Assembly: GCA_045601385.1 (NCBI GenBank)
Contig: JAZRZM010000003.1
Span: 60,308-124,307 of the forward strand
Reading direction: 5' to 3'
Source of the DNA: Clostridia bacterium
GTDB taxonomy: Bacteria > Bacillota > Clostridia > Christensenellales > DTU072
Length of the DNA: 64,000 bases
Made by a program: the position numbers and the translations under genes. The notes under the pieces were generated by a model. The model did not search any database, was not told where the DNA came from, and saw only the letters and a program-made list of their open reading frames with translations. Of this stretch, positions 1-8,993 are shown piece after piece. Within the stretch, counting starts at the first letter, position 1; each line of letters begins with the position of its first letter.

Positions 1-992
1 ACGAAATAAAAGGGTGTGGAAAAATCTATAACGACGCAAGAATAACGACGATATACATCGGCGGAGGAACGCCGAGTCTTCTATCCGTTTCGCAACTGGA
101 AAAGATTTTTTCCGCCGTTTCTTCTTCTTTTTCGACAAATTCGATAGAAACGACAATTGAGGTTAATCCCAATTCAAGTCAGAATATTGCCGATTATACG
201 ACGCTTGGAATCGACAGAATCAGTATCGGCGTTCAATCTTTGAACGATAGCGTGTTGAAAAAACTCGGCAGGTTACATGACGCCGAAACGGCGAAAGACA
301 CTTTGAAGCGCGCAAGTCGTTATTTTGACAAAATAAGTGCCGACATCATCATCGGCGCAGATGAACAAGAAGACATAGAAGGTGATATTGCGTTCTTTTC
401 CGACTATTGTAATCATATTTCCGGCTATTTGTTGACGGTTGCGGACAAGACTCCTCTGAAAAAAATGATAAAAGCCAAAGAAATCGTTTTACCTGATGAG
501 GATGAAACGGTAAGGCAATATAACCGACTTGTGGACGCTTGTCGCGCGCATTCCTTATATCGGTATGAAACGAGCAATTTTGCTTGTCTCGGCGGCGAAA
601 GCAAACACAACAGCGGATATTGGGCAATGAAACCGTATCTCGGAGTCGGAGCGTCGGCGCACTCGTATTATGACGAACGCAGATTTTATAACGTAGATAA
701 TCTGGAAATGTATTTATCCGGTATGCACAGCGGAAACGGAAAAGCCAAAACGGAAAGACGACCGTCCGTTGCCGCAGCCATGCAAGAAACTGTTATGCTT
801 GCGCTTCGGACAAGAAACGGACTTGATATTGATAAGTTTAATCGGAAATTCAACGTTGATTTTTGTAAAAAATTTTCTTCGGGGTTAAAAAAAGCGGAAA
901 AATATATTTTTTTGTCTCCTGACAAATTATATATTCTTCCGCAATACTTTTTAGTGCAAAATCGTATTATCTTTTCTATTCTTACCGATTAA
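1..992 (+). CDS. hemW: Radical-SAM HemW/HemN-like protein (heme chaperone / coproporphyrinogen-III oxidase family), 5' end cut by window edge
   Basis: Frame 3 is open from the window edge (..IYIGGGTPSLLS..IEVNPNS..RISIGVQSLND..LGRLHD..) and runs into the listed ORF 240..992. These are conserved HemN/HemW core motifs. The CxxxCxxC cluster would lie upstream of the window. Confidence 0.8.
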   Translation, partial: EIKGCGKIYNDARITTIYIGGGTPSLLSVSQLEKIFSAVSSSFSTNSIETTIEVNPNSSQNIADYTTLGIDRISIGVQSLNDSVLKKLGRLHDAETAKDTLKRASRYFDKISADIIIGADEQEDIEGDIAFFSDYCNHISGYLLTVADKTPLKKMIKAKEIVLPDEDETVRQYNRLVDACRAHSLYRYETSNFACLGGESKHNSGYWAMKPYLGVGASAHSYYDERRFYNVDNLEMYLSGMHSGNGKAKTERRPSVAAAMQETVMLALRTRNGLDIDKFNRKFNVDFCKKFSSGLKKAEKYIFLSPDKLYILPQYFLVQNRIIFSILTD

Positions 993-3570
993 ATACTATT
1001 TTGTATCCTTTTTCGTCAATATCTACCATCAACGTCCTATCGGGTTCGGGATTCTCTTCCAGAATAAACTTGGCAAGCATTGTTTCGATTTTCCCTTGTA
1101 CATATCTTTTCAGCGGTCTTGCGCCGAACTGCGGCTCGTATGACTCGCGAATCATTTTTTCTTTGGCTTCTTTCGATATGACCAGATTCAATTTTTTTTC
1201 TTTCATTCTCGCACATAGACCGTTAAGGATCAAATCGATGATTTTGTCCATATTTTCGTAAGTGAGCGGCTTGAAAAAGACGATTTCGTCCAATCTGTTC
1301 AGAAATTCGGGGCGAAAACTTTTTGTAAGGAGTTTTTCGACGTTTTCCTTTGCTTCGGCGGTTATTTCTCCGTTTTTGTCGATTCCGTCCAACAAAAACG
1401 AACTGCCGAGGTTGCTTGTCAGAATGATAATCGTATTTTTGAAATTAACAACCCTGCCTTGCGAATCGGTAATTCTGCCGTCGTCAAGAATTTGTAAGAG
1501 AATATTAAAGACGTCCGGATGCGCCTTTTCTATCTCGTCAAACAGCACGACGGAGTACGGTTTTCTGCGGACGGCTTCGGTCAGTTGACCTCCTTCATCA
1601 TATCCGACGTATCCGGGGGGTGCGCCGATAAGCCTGGATACGCTGAATTTTTCCATATATTCGCTCATATCTATGCGCACGATATTCTTTTCGTCGTCGA
1701 ACAGATAAGCGGCAAGCGTCTTGGCAAGTTCGGTTTTTCCTACGCCCGTCGGACCTAAAAACATAAACGATCCGATCGGACGACGTGCGTCGGATATGCC
1801 TGCTCTCGAACGGAGAAGCGCTTCGCTGACCAGTCTGACTCCTTCGTCTTGACCAATAACTCTTTTGTGTAAGGTTTCTTCAAGTTTAAGATATTTTTTT
1901 CGTTCGCTTTCAAGCAATTTCGATACGGGGATCCCCGTCCATTTCGAGACGATTTGTTGAATCTCTTCTTCGGTAATTTTGTTTCGGAGAAGGGGAGAAA
2001 CGGTTTCGGTCGGATTTTCTTGCAATTTATTTAATTGTTCCATAAGTCCCGGCAGTTCTCCGTAACGTAGTTTTGCGGCTTTTTCGTAGTCGTAGTTTCT
2101 TTGCGCTATTTCGATTTCGCCGTTTATTCTGTCGATTTGTTGTTTTACCGCCGTAATGGAAGTGATCCCGCTTTTTTCACGGTCGAGTCGAATTTTTAAG
2201 GCGTTGAATTTTTCCCGCAGGTCGGCGGCTTCCGCCTGAATTTCTTTCAGTCGTTCGACGGAGAGCGAATCCGTTTCTTTTTTTAATGCCGTTTCCTCGA
2301 TTTCCAGTTGCATTATTTTTCGGTTGATTTCATCCATTTCGATGGGCATAGAACCGATTTCGGTGCGAATCATCGCGCATGCTTCATCCACAAGGTCAAT
2401 GGCTTTATCGGGTAGAAAACGGTCGGTAATATAGCGGTTACTTAACGTTGCGGCGGCAATCAGGGCGGAGTCCTGAATTTGCACGCCGTGAAAGATTTCG
2501 TATCTTTCTTTCAGTCCGCGCAAAATAGAAATCGTATCTTCCACCGTCGGTTCACCGACGGTCACGGGTTGAAAACGACGTTCCAAAGCCGCGTCTTTTT
2601 CGATATATTTACGATATTCGTCCAGTGTTGTCGCGCCGATGCAATGCAGTTCGCCTCGGGCAAGAAGGGGTTTCAGCAGATTCCCGGCGTCCATTGCGGA
2701 GTCGCTTTTGCCCGCTCCGACAATCAAATGTAATTCGTCGATGAAAAGAAGAATTTTTCCCGCGCTGTCTTTTACTTCGTTCAAAACCGCTTTCAACCTT
2801 TCTTCAAATTCTCCGCGATATTTTGCACCGGCGACAAGCGCTCCCATATCCAATGAAAACACAGTCTTATTTTTAAGATTGTCGGGAACGTCGCCGCGAA
2901 TGATTCTTTGCGAAAGTCCTTCCGCAATCGCCGTTTTTCCCACGCCCGGTTCGCCTATCAGAACAGGGTTGTTTTTTGTCTTACGTGACAAAATTCGAAT
3001 AACGTTTCTGATTTCGTCGTCTCTGCCGATAACGGGGTCGAGTGTGTTCTCTGCGGCCTTTTTCGTCAGATCCGTACCGTATTTTTCGAGCGCTTCAAAG
3101 GTCGTTTCGGGATTGTCCGACGTTACTTTTTTATTCTTTTTGATTTGCGCCGTTGTATTCTTAAAATCGGACAAAGTAACGCCGCTTTGCTTGAAAATCG
3201 CCGAAACGCAAGGACTTTTTTCAAGTAAAGCCTCCATAATATGTTCCACGCTGATATATTGATCGCCGTTTTTGTCGGCAATTTTTTCGGCGTAGGTTAA
3301 GACGCTTTCTGTTTCTGCGGAAAAATAAGGATTGCTTTTTCCGCCCGAAACGCGAGGGAGGGCGTCAATTCGTCTTTTCAATGCGTTCACGATCTCGTCG
3401 GTGTTCTTTGTGCAACGGGCAATCAGACTGTAAACAAAGCCTTCTTTGTCGCTTATAAGGGCAAACGCGAGATGTTCGGCGTTTACTTCGGCGTTTTCAT
3501 TGCCGACGGCTATCCTGTATGCCGTTTGCAACGCTTCCGTCGTTTTTTGCGTTAATTTTTCATTATTCAT
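982..3570 (-). CDS. clpB: ATP-dependent chaperone/disaggregase ClpB
   Basis: Two AAA+ modules (Walker [14 protein letters not shown] and [12 protein letters not shown]) with a long coiled-coil middle domain and Clp_N repeats. Start set at ATG 3570 ([10 protein letters not shown]..) with GAGG Shine-Dalgarno, because the ORF-track extension to 3666 runs through the promoter/operator. Confidence 0.95.
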   Translation of the reverse strand: MNNEKLTQKTTEALQTAYRIAVGNENAEVNAEHLAFALISDKEGFVYSLIARCTKNTDEIVNALKRRIDALPRVSGGKSNPYFSAETESVLTYAEKIADKNGDQYISVEHIMEALLEKSPCVSAIFKQSGVTLSDFKNTTAQIKKNKKVTSDNPETTFEALEKYGTDLTKKAAENTLDPVIGRDDEIRNVIRILSRKTKNNPVLIGEPGVGKTAIAEGLSQRIIRGDVPDNLKNKTVFSLDMGALVAGAKYRGEFEERLKAVLNEVKDSAGKILLFIDELHLIVGAGKSDSAMDAGNLLKPLLARGELHCIGATTLDEYRKYIEKDAALERRFQPVTVGEPTVEDTISILRGLKERYEIFHGVQIQDSALIAAATLSNRYITDRFLPDKAIDLVDEACAMIRTEIGSMPIEMDEINRKIMQLEIEETALKKETDSLSVERLKEIQAEAADLREKFNALKIRLDREKSGITSITAVKQQIDRINGEIEIAQRNYDYEKAAKLRYGELPGLMEQLNKLQENPTETVSPLLRNKITEEEIQQIVSKWTGIPVSKLLESERKKYLKLEETLHKRVIGQDEGVRLVSEALLRSRAGISDARRPIGSFMFLGPTGVGKTELAKTLAAYLFDDEKNIVRIDMSEYMEKFSVSRLIGAPPGYVGYDEGGQLTEAVRRKPYSVVLFDEIEKAHPDVFNILLQILDDGRITDSQGRVVNFKNTIIILTSNLGSSFLLDGIDKNGEITAEAKENVEKLLTKSFRPEFLNRLDEIVFFKPLTYENMDKIIDLILNGLCARMKEKKLNLVISKEAKEKMIRESYEPQFGARPLKRYVQGKIETMLAKFILEENPEPDRTLMVDIDEKGYKIVFNR

Positions 3571-3629
3571 TTCTTTACCTCTATTTACAAACTTTTTTGC
3601 CGAAAATTGGCAGTCGTCGTATATGTCTG

Positions 3630-3656
3630 TTAGCACTATTATATGATGACTGCTAA
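3630..3656. promoter_or_regulatory. CIRCE-like HrcA operator in the clpB promoter
   Basis: Plus strand reads TTAGCACTA-N9-GACTGCTAA and minus strand reads TTAGCAGTC-ATCATATAA-TAGTGCTAA. Canonical CIRCE is TTAGCACTC-N9-GAGTGCTAA. The element overlaps the -10 and spacer of the clpB promoter. Confidence 0.7.
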
Positions 3657-3666
3657 CGCTTGTCAA
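3638..3666 (-). promoter_or_regulatory. sigma-70-type promoter of clpB
   Basis: Minus strand reads TTGACA (3666-3661), 17 nt spacer, TATAAT (3643-3638). Confidence 0.65.
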
Positions 3667-3776
3667 GTTTTTTTATTATATTTTGATTTTTTTGTGTAAA
3701 AAATAAACTGTTAAGGCAAAATACTTGACATCGAAGTCGGAAAGGTGTAAAGTATAAACGCTTTACAGGAGCAACC

Positions 3777-4091
3777 ATGAAAGACAAAGTGGAAACAGGG
3801 CTTTTGCTTGATTATTACGGCGGGATTCTTACCGAGAAGCAAAGAAAAATTATTCGCGCATACTGCGATATGGATTTGAGTTTGGCGGAAGTTTCGGATG
3901 AGTTTCAAATAACAAGGCAAGCCGCTCTCGATTCTATCAATCGCGGAATCGCGAAATTAAAGAATATGGAAGAAAAACTTTGTTTGATTCAAAAGATAAG
4001 AAGTTTATGCTCGTTTATTGAAAATAAGATGGACGAAGCGACGGACAAACAAATACTATCGGAAATTTTGCAGGCAATTAAGGAGATATAA
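3777..4091 (+). CDS. ylxM: YlxM/UPF0122 putative HTH protein of the SRP operon
   Basis: 104 aa, LLDYYGGILTEKQRKII..LSLAEVSDEFQITRQA, directly upstream of ffh with a TAATG overlap. AGGAG RBS. Possible promoter TTGACA(3725)-17-TAAAGT. Confidence 0.85.
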   Translation: MKDKVETGLLLDYYGGILTEKQRKIIRAYCDMDLSLAEVSDEFQITRQAALDSINRGIAKLKNMEEKLCLIQKIRSLCSFIENKMDEATDKQILSEILQAIKEI

Positions 4092-5416
4092 TGGCGACAT
4101 TTGGGACTTTATCGGATAAAATCAACCATGTTTTTTCCAAACTGAAAAACAAGGGACAGTTGACCGATCTTGAAATCAAAGGCGCGATGAGAGAAATTCG
4201 TATTGCGCTGCTCGAAGCGGACGTCAATTTTACCGTCGTAAAAAACTTTATTTCGACCGTCAGCGAAAGGGCGTCGGGCGAAAATATTCTGAAAGGTCTG
4301 AACGCGTCGCAGGAAGTCGTCAAAATCGTTCACGAAGAACTGATTGCTTTGATGGGTTCGACTCATTCGAAGTTGGAAATATCCGACTGTCCGCCGACCG
4401 TTATACTCATGTGCGGTTTGCAAGGCGCAGGCAAAACGACCATGTGCGGCAAACTCGCCGCCATGTTAAAAAAGCAAGGTAAAAGACCACTCCTTGTGGC
4501 GGGGGACGTGTATCGTCCGGCCGCTATCAAACAATTACAAATTGTGGGTAATCAAGCAGGCGTGCCTGTTTTTGAAAAAGGACAAACCGATCCCGTATCG
4601 ATCGCAAAAGACGGTATCTCTTTTGCCAAAAACAATAATAACGACATCGTTATTATCGATACGGCGGGACGTCTGCATATCGACGAACAGTTGATGGACG
4701 AATTGTCCAATATAAAAAGAGAAGTTAAGCCGACGGAAATTTTACTTGTCGTCGATTCCATGCTTGGTCAGGACAGCGTAAACGTAGCGGCAAAATTCAA
4801 TGAGCAACTGGATATCAGCGGCGTAATTTTGACCAAACTTGACGGTGATACGCGTGGCGGTGCGGCTCTCAGCATCAAAGCGATCTTAAATAAACCGATC
4901 AAATTTTGCGGAACGGGTGAAAAACTGACGGATATCGAACCTTTTTATCCCGATCGTATGGCGTCAAGAATACTCGGTATGGGCGACGTGCTTACTCTTA
5001 TCGAAAGAGCGGAACAAGCCATAAGCGAAGAAGACGCAAAGAAAATGGCGAAAAAAATGAAAGACGCCACTTTCGATCTTAACGATTATCTCGACCAACT
5101 TAAAAGTATCAAAAAAATGGGTAATTTATCCGATATGATCGGCATGATTCCCGGTATGAAAAAGAAACTCGGCGGACAAGATATCGAAGTGGACGAATCT
5201 CAAATGGAGCGGACGAAAGCGATAATCCTTTCCATGACGAAAAAAGAGCGTACGCATCCGGACATACTGAACGCTTCGCGGAGAAGAAGAATAGCCGAAG
5301 GCAGCGGCACGACTGTCGCGGATGTAAACAGGCTTATTAACCAATTTACGCAGACGCGTGACATGATGAAGAAGTTAACCTCGGGGAAAATCAGATTTCC
5401 TTTCGGTTTACGATAA
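4091..5416 (+). CDS. ffh: Signal recognition particle protein Ffh
   Basis: GTPase motifs GLQGAGKTT, DTAGR, TKLDGD, plus a Met-rich M domain. Confidence 0.97.
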   Translation: MATFGTLSDKINHVFSKLKNKGQLTDLEIKGAMREIRIALLEADVNFTVVKNFISTVSERASGENILKGLNASQEVVKIVHEELIALMGSTHSKLEISDCPPTVILMCGLQGAGKTTMCGKLAAMLKKQGKRPLLVAGDVYRPAAIKQLQIVGNQAGVPVFEKGQTDPVSIAKDGISFAKNNNNDIVIIDTAGRLHIDEQLMDELSNIKREVKPTEILLVVDSMLGQDSVNVAAKFNEQLDISGVILTKLDGDTRGGAALSIKAILNKPIKFCGTGEKLTDIEPFYPDRMASRILGMGDVLTLIERAEQAISEEDAKKMAKKMKDATFDLNDYLDQLKSIKKMGNLSDMIGMIPGMKKKLGGQDIEVDESQMERTKAIILSMTKKERTHPDILNASRRRRIAEGSGTTVADVNRLINQFTQTRDMMKKLTSGKIRFPFGLR

Positions 5417-5445
5417 AACAATAACAATTTTTTTGGAGGAAAATT

Positions 5446-5697
5446 ATGGCAGTAACACTCAGATTAACCAGAATGGGCGCAAAGAAAGCACCTTTCTATC
5501 GTATCGTGGCGATTGATTCGCGCAAGGCAAGAGACGGAGAATATATCGAACAAATCGGTTATTACAATCCCGTAACGCAACCTGCCGATATCAAAATCGA
5601 CGCCGAAAAAGCAAAAAAATGGCTTGCTTACGGTGCGCAGTGCTCGGAAACCGTTCGTAGTCTCTTTGTTAAGAACGGAATTATCGAAACGAAATAA
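5446..5697 (+). CDS. rpsP: 30S ribosomal protein S16
   Basis: [22 protein letters not shown].. is the typical S16 N-terminus. GGAGG RBS. Confidence 0.97.
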   Translation: MAVTLRLTRMGAKKAPFYRIVAIDSRKARDGEYIEQIGYYNPVTQPADIKIDAEKAKKWLAYGAQCSETVRSLFVKNGIIETK

Positions 5698-5708
5698 GGT
5701 GACAATTT

Positions 5709-5939
5709 ATGAGAGAACTCGTTGATTATATCATTAAGAGTTTTATCGGTGAAAACGGGTACGAAATCATGATTGTCGAAGACGGCGATAAGACGGATAT
5801 CCGTGTTCAGGTCGATAAAGACAAAATCGCAAAAGTCATCGGTAAAGGCGGCAAAATCGCAAAAGCGATCAGAACGATTGTTCGCTCTGCCAGCCGTGGT
5901 TCCGATACGACTTACGGTGTGTTTTTTGAGGAAAGATAA
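5709..5939 (+). CDS. khpA: KH-domain RNA-binding protein (KhpA/YlqC)
   Basis: 76 aa with KH GxxG loop VIGKGGKIAKAIRTI. Conserved position between rpsP and rimM. Confidence 0.85.
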   Translation: MRELVDYIIKSFIGENGYEIMIVEDGDKTDIRVQVDKDKIAKVIGKGGKIAKAIRTIVRSASRGSDTTYGVFFEER

Positions 5940-6436
5940 TGCTTTCTGTCGGAAAGATACTGAAAACGCATGCATTAAAAGGAGAATTAAAGGTACAGTC
6001 GTACCTTGATTCTCCTTATCTTTTCCGTGAATTATCCGTTGTTGCCATTCGGGACATAACGTATAAAATCAAGTCCTGCCGCGTATCGGGTGAGTTTGTG
6101 TACGTGTTTTTTGACGGTCTTGATTCGATAGACGATGTGCAAGAACTGGTCGGCGCGGAAATACTGTGCGACAAAAAAAATCTTCCGCCTTTGTCGGACG
6201 GCAGATACTATATTGCCGAATTGATCGGATGCGACGTCTTTGTCGGTGAAGATAAAATCGGTAAAATGCGCGAAATGCTTCAAAACGGTTCGGCAGATGT
6301 CTTTGTCGTAAAAAAAGACGGCGAAAGCGTCCTTTTCCCATGGATAGACGGTCTTGTCGATACAATCGATGTTGACAAAAAAACGATTAATCTCAATAAA
6401 AAAGTTTTTGACGAGGTAGCCGTCTATGAGAATTAA
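5939..6436 (+). CDS. rimM: 16S rRNA processing protein RimM
   Basis: N-terminus VGKILKTHALKGELKV with a PRC-barrel C-terminus, and synteny rpsP-khpA-rimM-trmD. Confidence 0.9.
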   Translation: MLSVGKILKTHALKGELKVQSYLDSPYLFRELSVVAIRDITYKIKSCRVSGEFVYVFFDGLDSIDDVQELVGAEILCDKKNLPPLSDGRYYIAELIGCDVFVGEDKIGKMREMLQNGSADVFVVKKDGESVLFPWIDGLVDTIDVDKKTINLNKKVFDEVAVYEN

Positions 6437-7094
6437 GGTTTTGACGCTTTTCCCGGAGATATATTCTTCTTTACGGGCGGGTGTGCTCGGAAAAGCCGTT
6501 GACAAAGCCTTTTTTTTGGAAATTGCCAATATAAGGGACTATTCTATCGATAAGCATAAAAGATGCGACGATTATCCGTACGGCGGTGGAGCAGGTATGG
6601 TTATGACGCCGCAACCTCTTCATGATGCTATCACAGCCAATGATCCAAACCACAAGTCTTTGCGTATATATTTATCTCCGAAAGGGGAAAAACTGTCCCA
6701 AAGTGTAGTCGAAGAACTTGCTTCTTTTGATGAAATCATGCTGGTGAATGGCAGTTATGAGGGTATTGATCAGCGGATTATCGATATGGATATCGATCGC
6801 GAACTATCGATAGGGGATTATGTTCTGTCGGTCGGCGACTATGCTTCGTTAATTGTTATCGACGCGGTCGCTCGCTATATCCCGGGAGTACTCGGAAGCA
6901 GTGAAAGTACCGATGAAGAGAGTTTTTCAGACGGTCTTTTGGAGTATCCGCAATACACAAGGCCGAGCGATTTTTACGGAATGAAAGTGCCCGAGGTGCT
7001 TTTGAACGGAAATCATGCCGAGATAAGAGCATGGCGCAAAGAACAAAGTCTTTTGATAACAAAAGAAAGACGACCTGATTTATTACACGAATAA
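6426..7094 (+). CDS. trmD: tRNA (guanine37-N1)-methyltransferase TrmD
   Basis: DDYPYGGGAGMVM and SYEGIDQR motifs. Confidence 0.95.
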   Translation: MRIKVLTLFPEIYSSLRAGVLGKAVDKAFFLEIANIRDYSIDKHKRCDDYPYGGGAGMVMTPQPLHDAITANDPNHKSLRIYLSPKGEKLSQSVVEELASFDEIMLVNGSYEGIDQRIIDMDIDRELSIGDYVLSVGDYASLIVIDAVARYIPGVLGSSESTDEESFSDGLLEYPQYTRPSDFYGMKVPEVLLNGNHAEIRAWRKEQSLLITKERRPDLLHE

Positions 7095-7109
7095 AAGGAG
7101 AAAAGGGGG

Positions 7110-7943
7110 ATGCCTTCTTCCTTTATACAGTGGTTTCCCGGTCATATGACCAAAGCCATACGAATGATGAAAGAAGAAATCAAGCCCGTGGACTGCGTTA
7201 TCTACGTGCTTGATTCTCGTATTCCCATGTCTTCCGTTAATCCCGCTTTTGATGAAATAATCGGCAATAAACCGCGTTTGTATGTGTTAAACAAATGCGA
7301 TCTTGTCGCTCAAAACGACCTTATACCGTGGAAGAACTATTTTGGTTCTATGCAAAACTGTTCTTGCGTTATTGCCGATTCTACAAAAAAAGCAGATAAT
7401 AAAATCATTTCCGAACTGAAAAAATTAAATGAAGATAAAATCAAACGTTTTTCCGAACGAGGTATCCGAAAAACCATTCGTGCAATGGTAATCGGCGTCC
7501 CGAATTGCGGAAAAAGTACGCTTATAAACAGTTTAATCGGAAAAAAACGCGCCATAACCGGAAACAGACCGGGCGTAACACGCGGAAAACAATGGGTTAC
7601 CGTCGATACGTATGTTGAAGTTCTCGATACGCCGGGGACGTTGTATCCCGATTTTTCCGATCAAAAGAAAGCGTTGCATCTATCTTTTGTCGGCTCGGTA
7701 AAAGACGACGTTGTCGATTTGCATATTGTCGCAAACGAACTGTTTGCTTTTCTCGCAGAGAATTATCCGCAGAATTTAACAGACAAATATGGTGAAAATT
7801 GTTCAGATATAGTAAGTTTTGCTCAAAAAAGAGGCTATTTTCTGAAAGGAAATGAATTAGATCTCGACCGAGCGGCAAAAGCCGTTATCGGTGATTTTCG
7901 TAAAAACGCTTTCGGAAAAATCATTTTGGAGAAACGCTTATGA
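7110..7943 (+). CDS. rbgA: Ribosome biogenesis GTPase A (RbgA/YlqF)
   Basis: IQWFPGHMTKA, circularly permuted GTPase motifs NKCDL .. GVPNCGKSTLIN .. DTPG. Confidence 0.9.
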   Translation: MPSSFIQWFPGHMTKAIRMMKEEIKPVDCVIYVLDSRIPMSSVNPAFDEIIGNKPRLYVLNKCDLVAQNDLIPWKNYFGSMQNCSCVIADSTKKADNKIISELKKLNEDKIKRFSERGIRKTIRAMVIGVPNCGKSTLINSLIGKKRAITGNRPGVTRGKQWVTVDTYVEVLDTPGTLYPDFSDQKKALHLSFVGSVKDDVVDLHIVANELFAFLAENYPQNLTDKYGENCSDIVSFAQKRGYFLKGNELDLDRAAKAVIGDFRKNAFGKIILEKRL

Positions 7944-8539
7944 CCGATTTACTTCGATACGAAAAAGAACTTCGCCAAAAGGGTTATTCGTTGATTGCGG
8001 GTATGGATGAAGCGGGCAGAGGCCCTTTGGCGGGACCGGTTTGCGCGGCGTGTTGTATACCCGATCTTTCCGTGATTTTTGACGAAATCAACGACAGCAA
8101 AAAACTCTCGGCAAAGAAAAGAGAAAAACTTTTCGATTATATTTCCGATACGTCCGTAGCGCAGTCGGTAGTCTTTGTCGATGAAAAAACTATCGATGAA
8201 ATCAATATCCTGAACGCAACGAAACAGGCGATGAATTCGGCTTTGTGGAGCCTGTTGCCGCAACCGGATTTTTTGCTTGTTGATGCCGTAAAGCATAATT
8301 TTGGGATACCGTACAACGCTATTATACACGGAGACGCACTCAGTTATTCTATTGCTGCCGCGTCGATTTTGGCGAAAGTTTCCCGTGACAGATTGATGGA
8401 CGAATACGCCGCTTTATATCCCGAATACGGCTTTGAAAAACATAAAGGATACGGGACGAAACTACATATCGAAATGTTGAAAAAATACGGTCCGTGCCCA
8501 CTGCACAGAAAAACGTTTATTAAGAATTTTTTTGAATAA
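7940..8539 (+). CDS. rnhB: Ribonuclease HII
   Basis: GMDEAGRGPLAGPV and DSKKLS motifs. ATGA overlap with rbgA. Confidence 0.93.
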   Translation: MTDLLRYEKELRQKGYSLIAGMDEAGRGPLAGPVCAACCIPDLSVIFDEINDSKKLSAKKREKLFDYISDTSVAQSVVFVDEKTIDEINILNATKQAMNSALWSLLPQPDFLLVDAVKHNFGIPYNAIIHGDALSYSIAAASILAKVSRDRLMDEYAALYPEYGFEKHKGYGTKLHIEMLKKYGPCPLHRKTFIKNFFE

Positions 8540-8895
8540 TGGATATAGACGCTACCGGTCAAAAAGGGGAGATAACCGCCCGCATTTTTTTGGAGAATAA
8601 TGGTTATATCATCTTGGATACCAATGTCAATTATCCCGGCGTAGGAGAACTTGATATTGTCGCAAAAGATGGAAATACGCTCGTTTTTGTTGAAGTTCGT
8701 ACCCGTTTTGACGCCGCATACGGTCATCCTTTCGAGACGATAACCGCCGCCAAAAAAAGAAAAATCGTTATGGCAAGCCGTCGGTATATTTCGCAAAAAA
8801 AAGTTTATGCCGAATCTTACCGTTATGACGTTGTTTCCGTTTTTCGCGATACGCCCGAATTGATTAAGGACGCCTTTTACGCTTATTGGCACTGA
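8539..8895 (+). CDS. YraN-family (UPF0102) endonuclease-like protein
   Basis: 118 aa, GEITARIFLENNGYIILDTN..GELDIVAKDGNTLVFVEVRTR is the typical YraN core. Conserved position after rnhB. Confidence 0.85.
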   Translation: MDIDATGQKGEITARIFLENNGYIILDTNVNYPGVGELDIVAKDGNTLVFVEVRTRFDAAYGHPFETITAAKKRKIVMASRRYISQKKVYAESYRYDVVSVFRDTPELIKDAFYAYWH

Positions 8896-8932
8896 TTTTT
8901 TCCGTTCGTTTCCTTTTTTTCGACGATAACTC

Positions 8933-8961
8933 TTGACGGTTTGGCTTTTATTATTTATAAT
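8933..8961 (+). promoter_or_regulatory. sigma-70-type promoter ahead of the giant-lipoprotein operon
   Basis: TTGACG (8933-8938), 17 nt spacer, TATAAT (8956-8961). GGAG RBS sits before ATG 8994. Confidence 0.6.
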
Positions 8962-8993
8962 AATAAAAAAAGTATAATCATCGGAGTAGTGTT

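Noticed and set aside
3571-3666. N-terminal extensions proposed by the ORF track for clpB (to 3666), ackA (from 38283), leuS (from 27556) and the zinc-ribbon protein (from 54411)
   Set aside because: The extensions run through promoters, operators or upstream genes. Conserved N-termini with proper Shine-Dalgarno sequences begin at the internal ATGs that I used.
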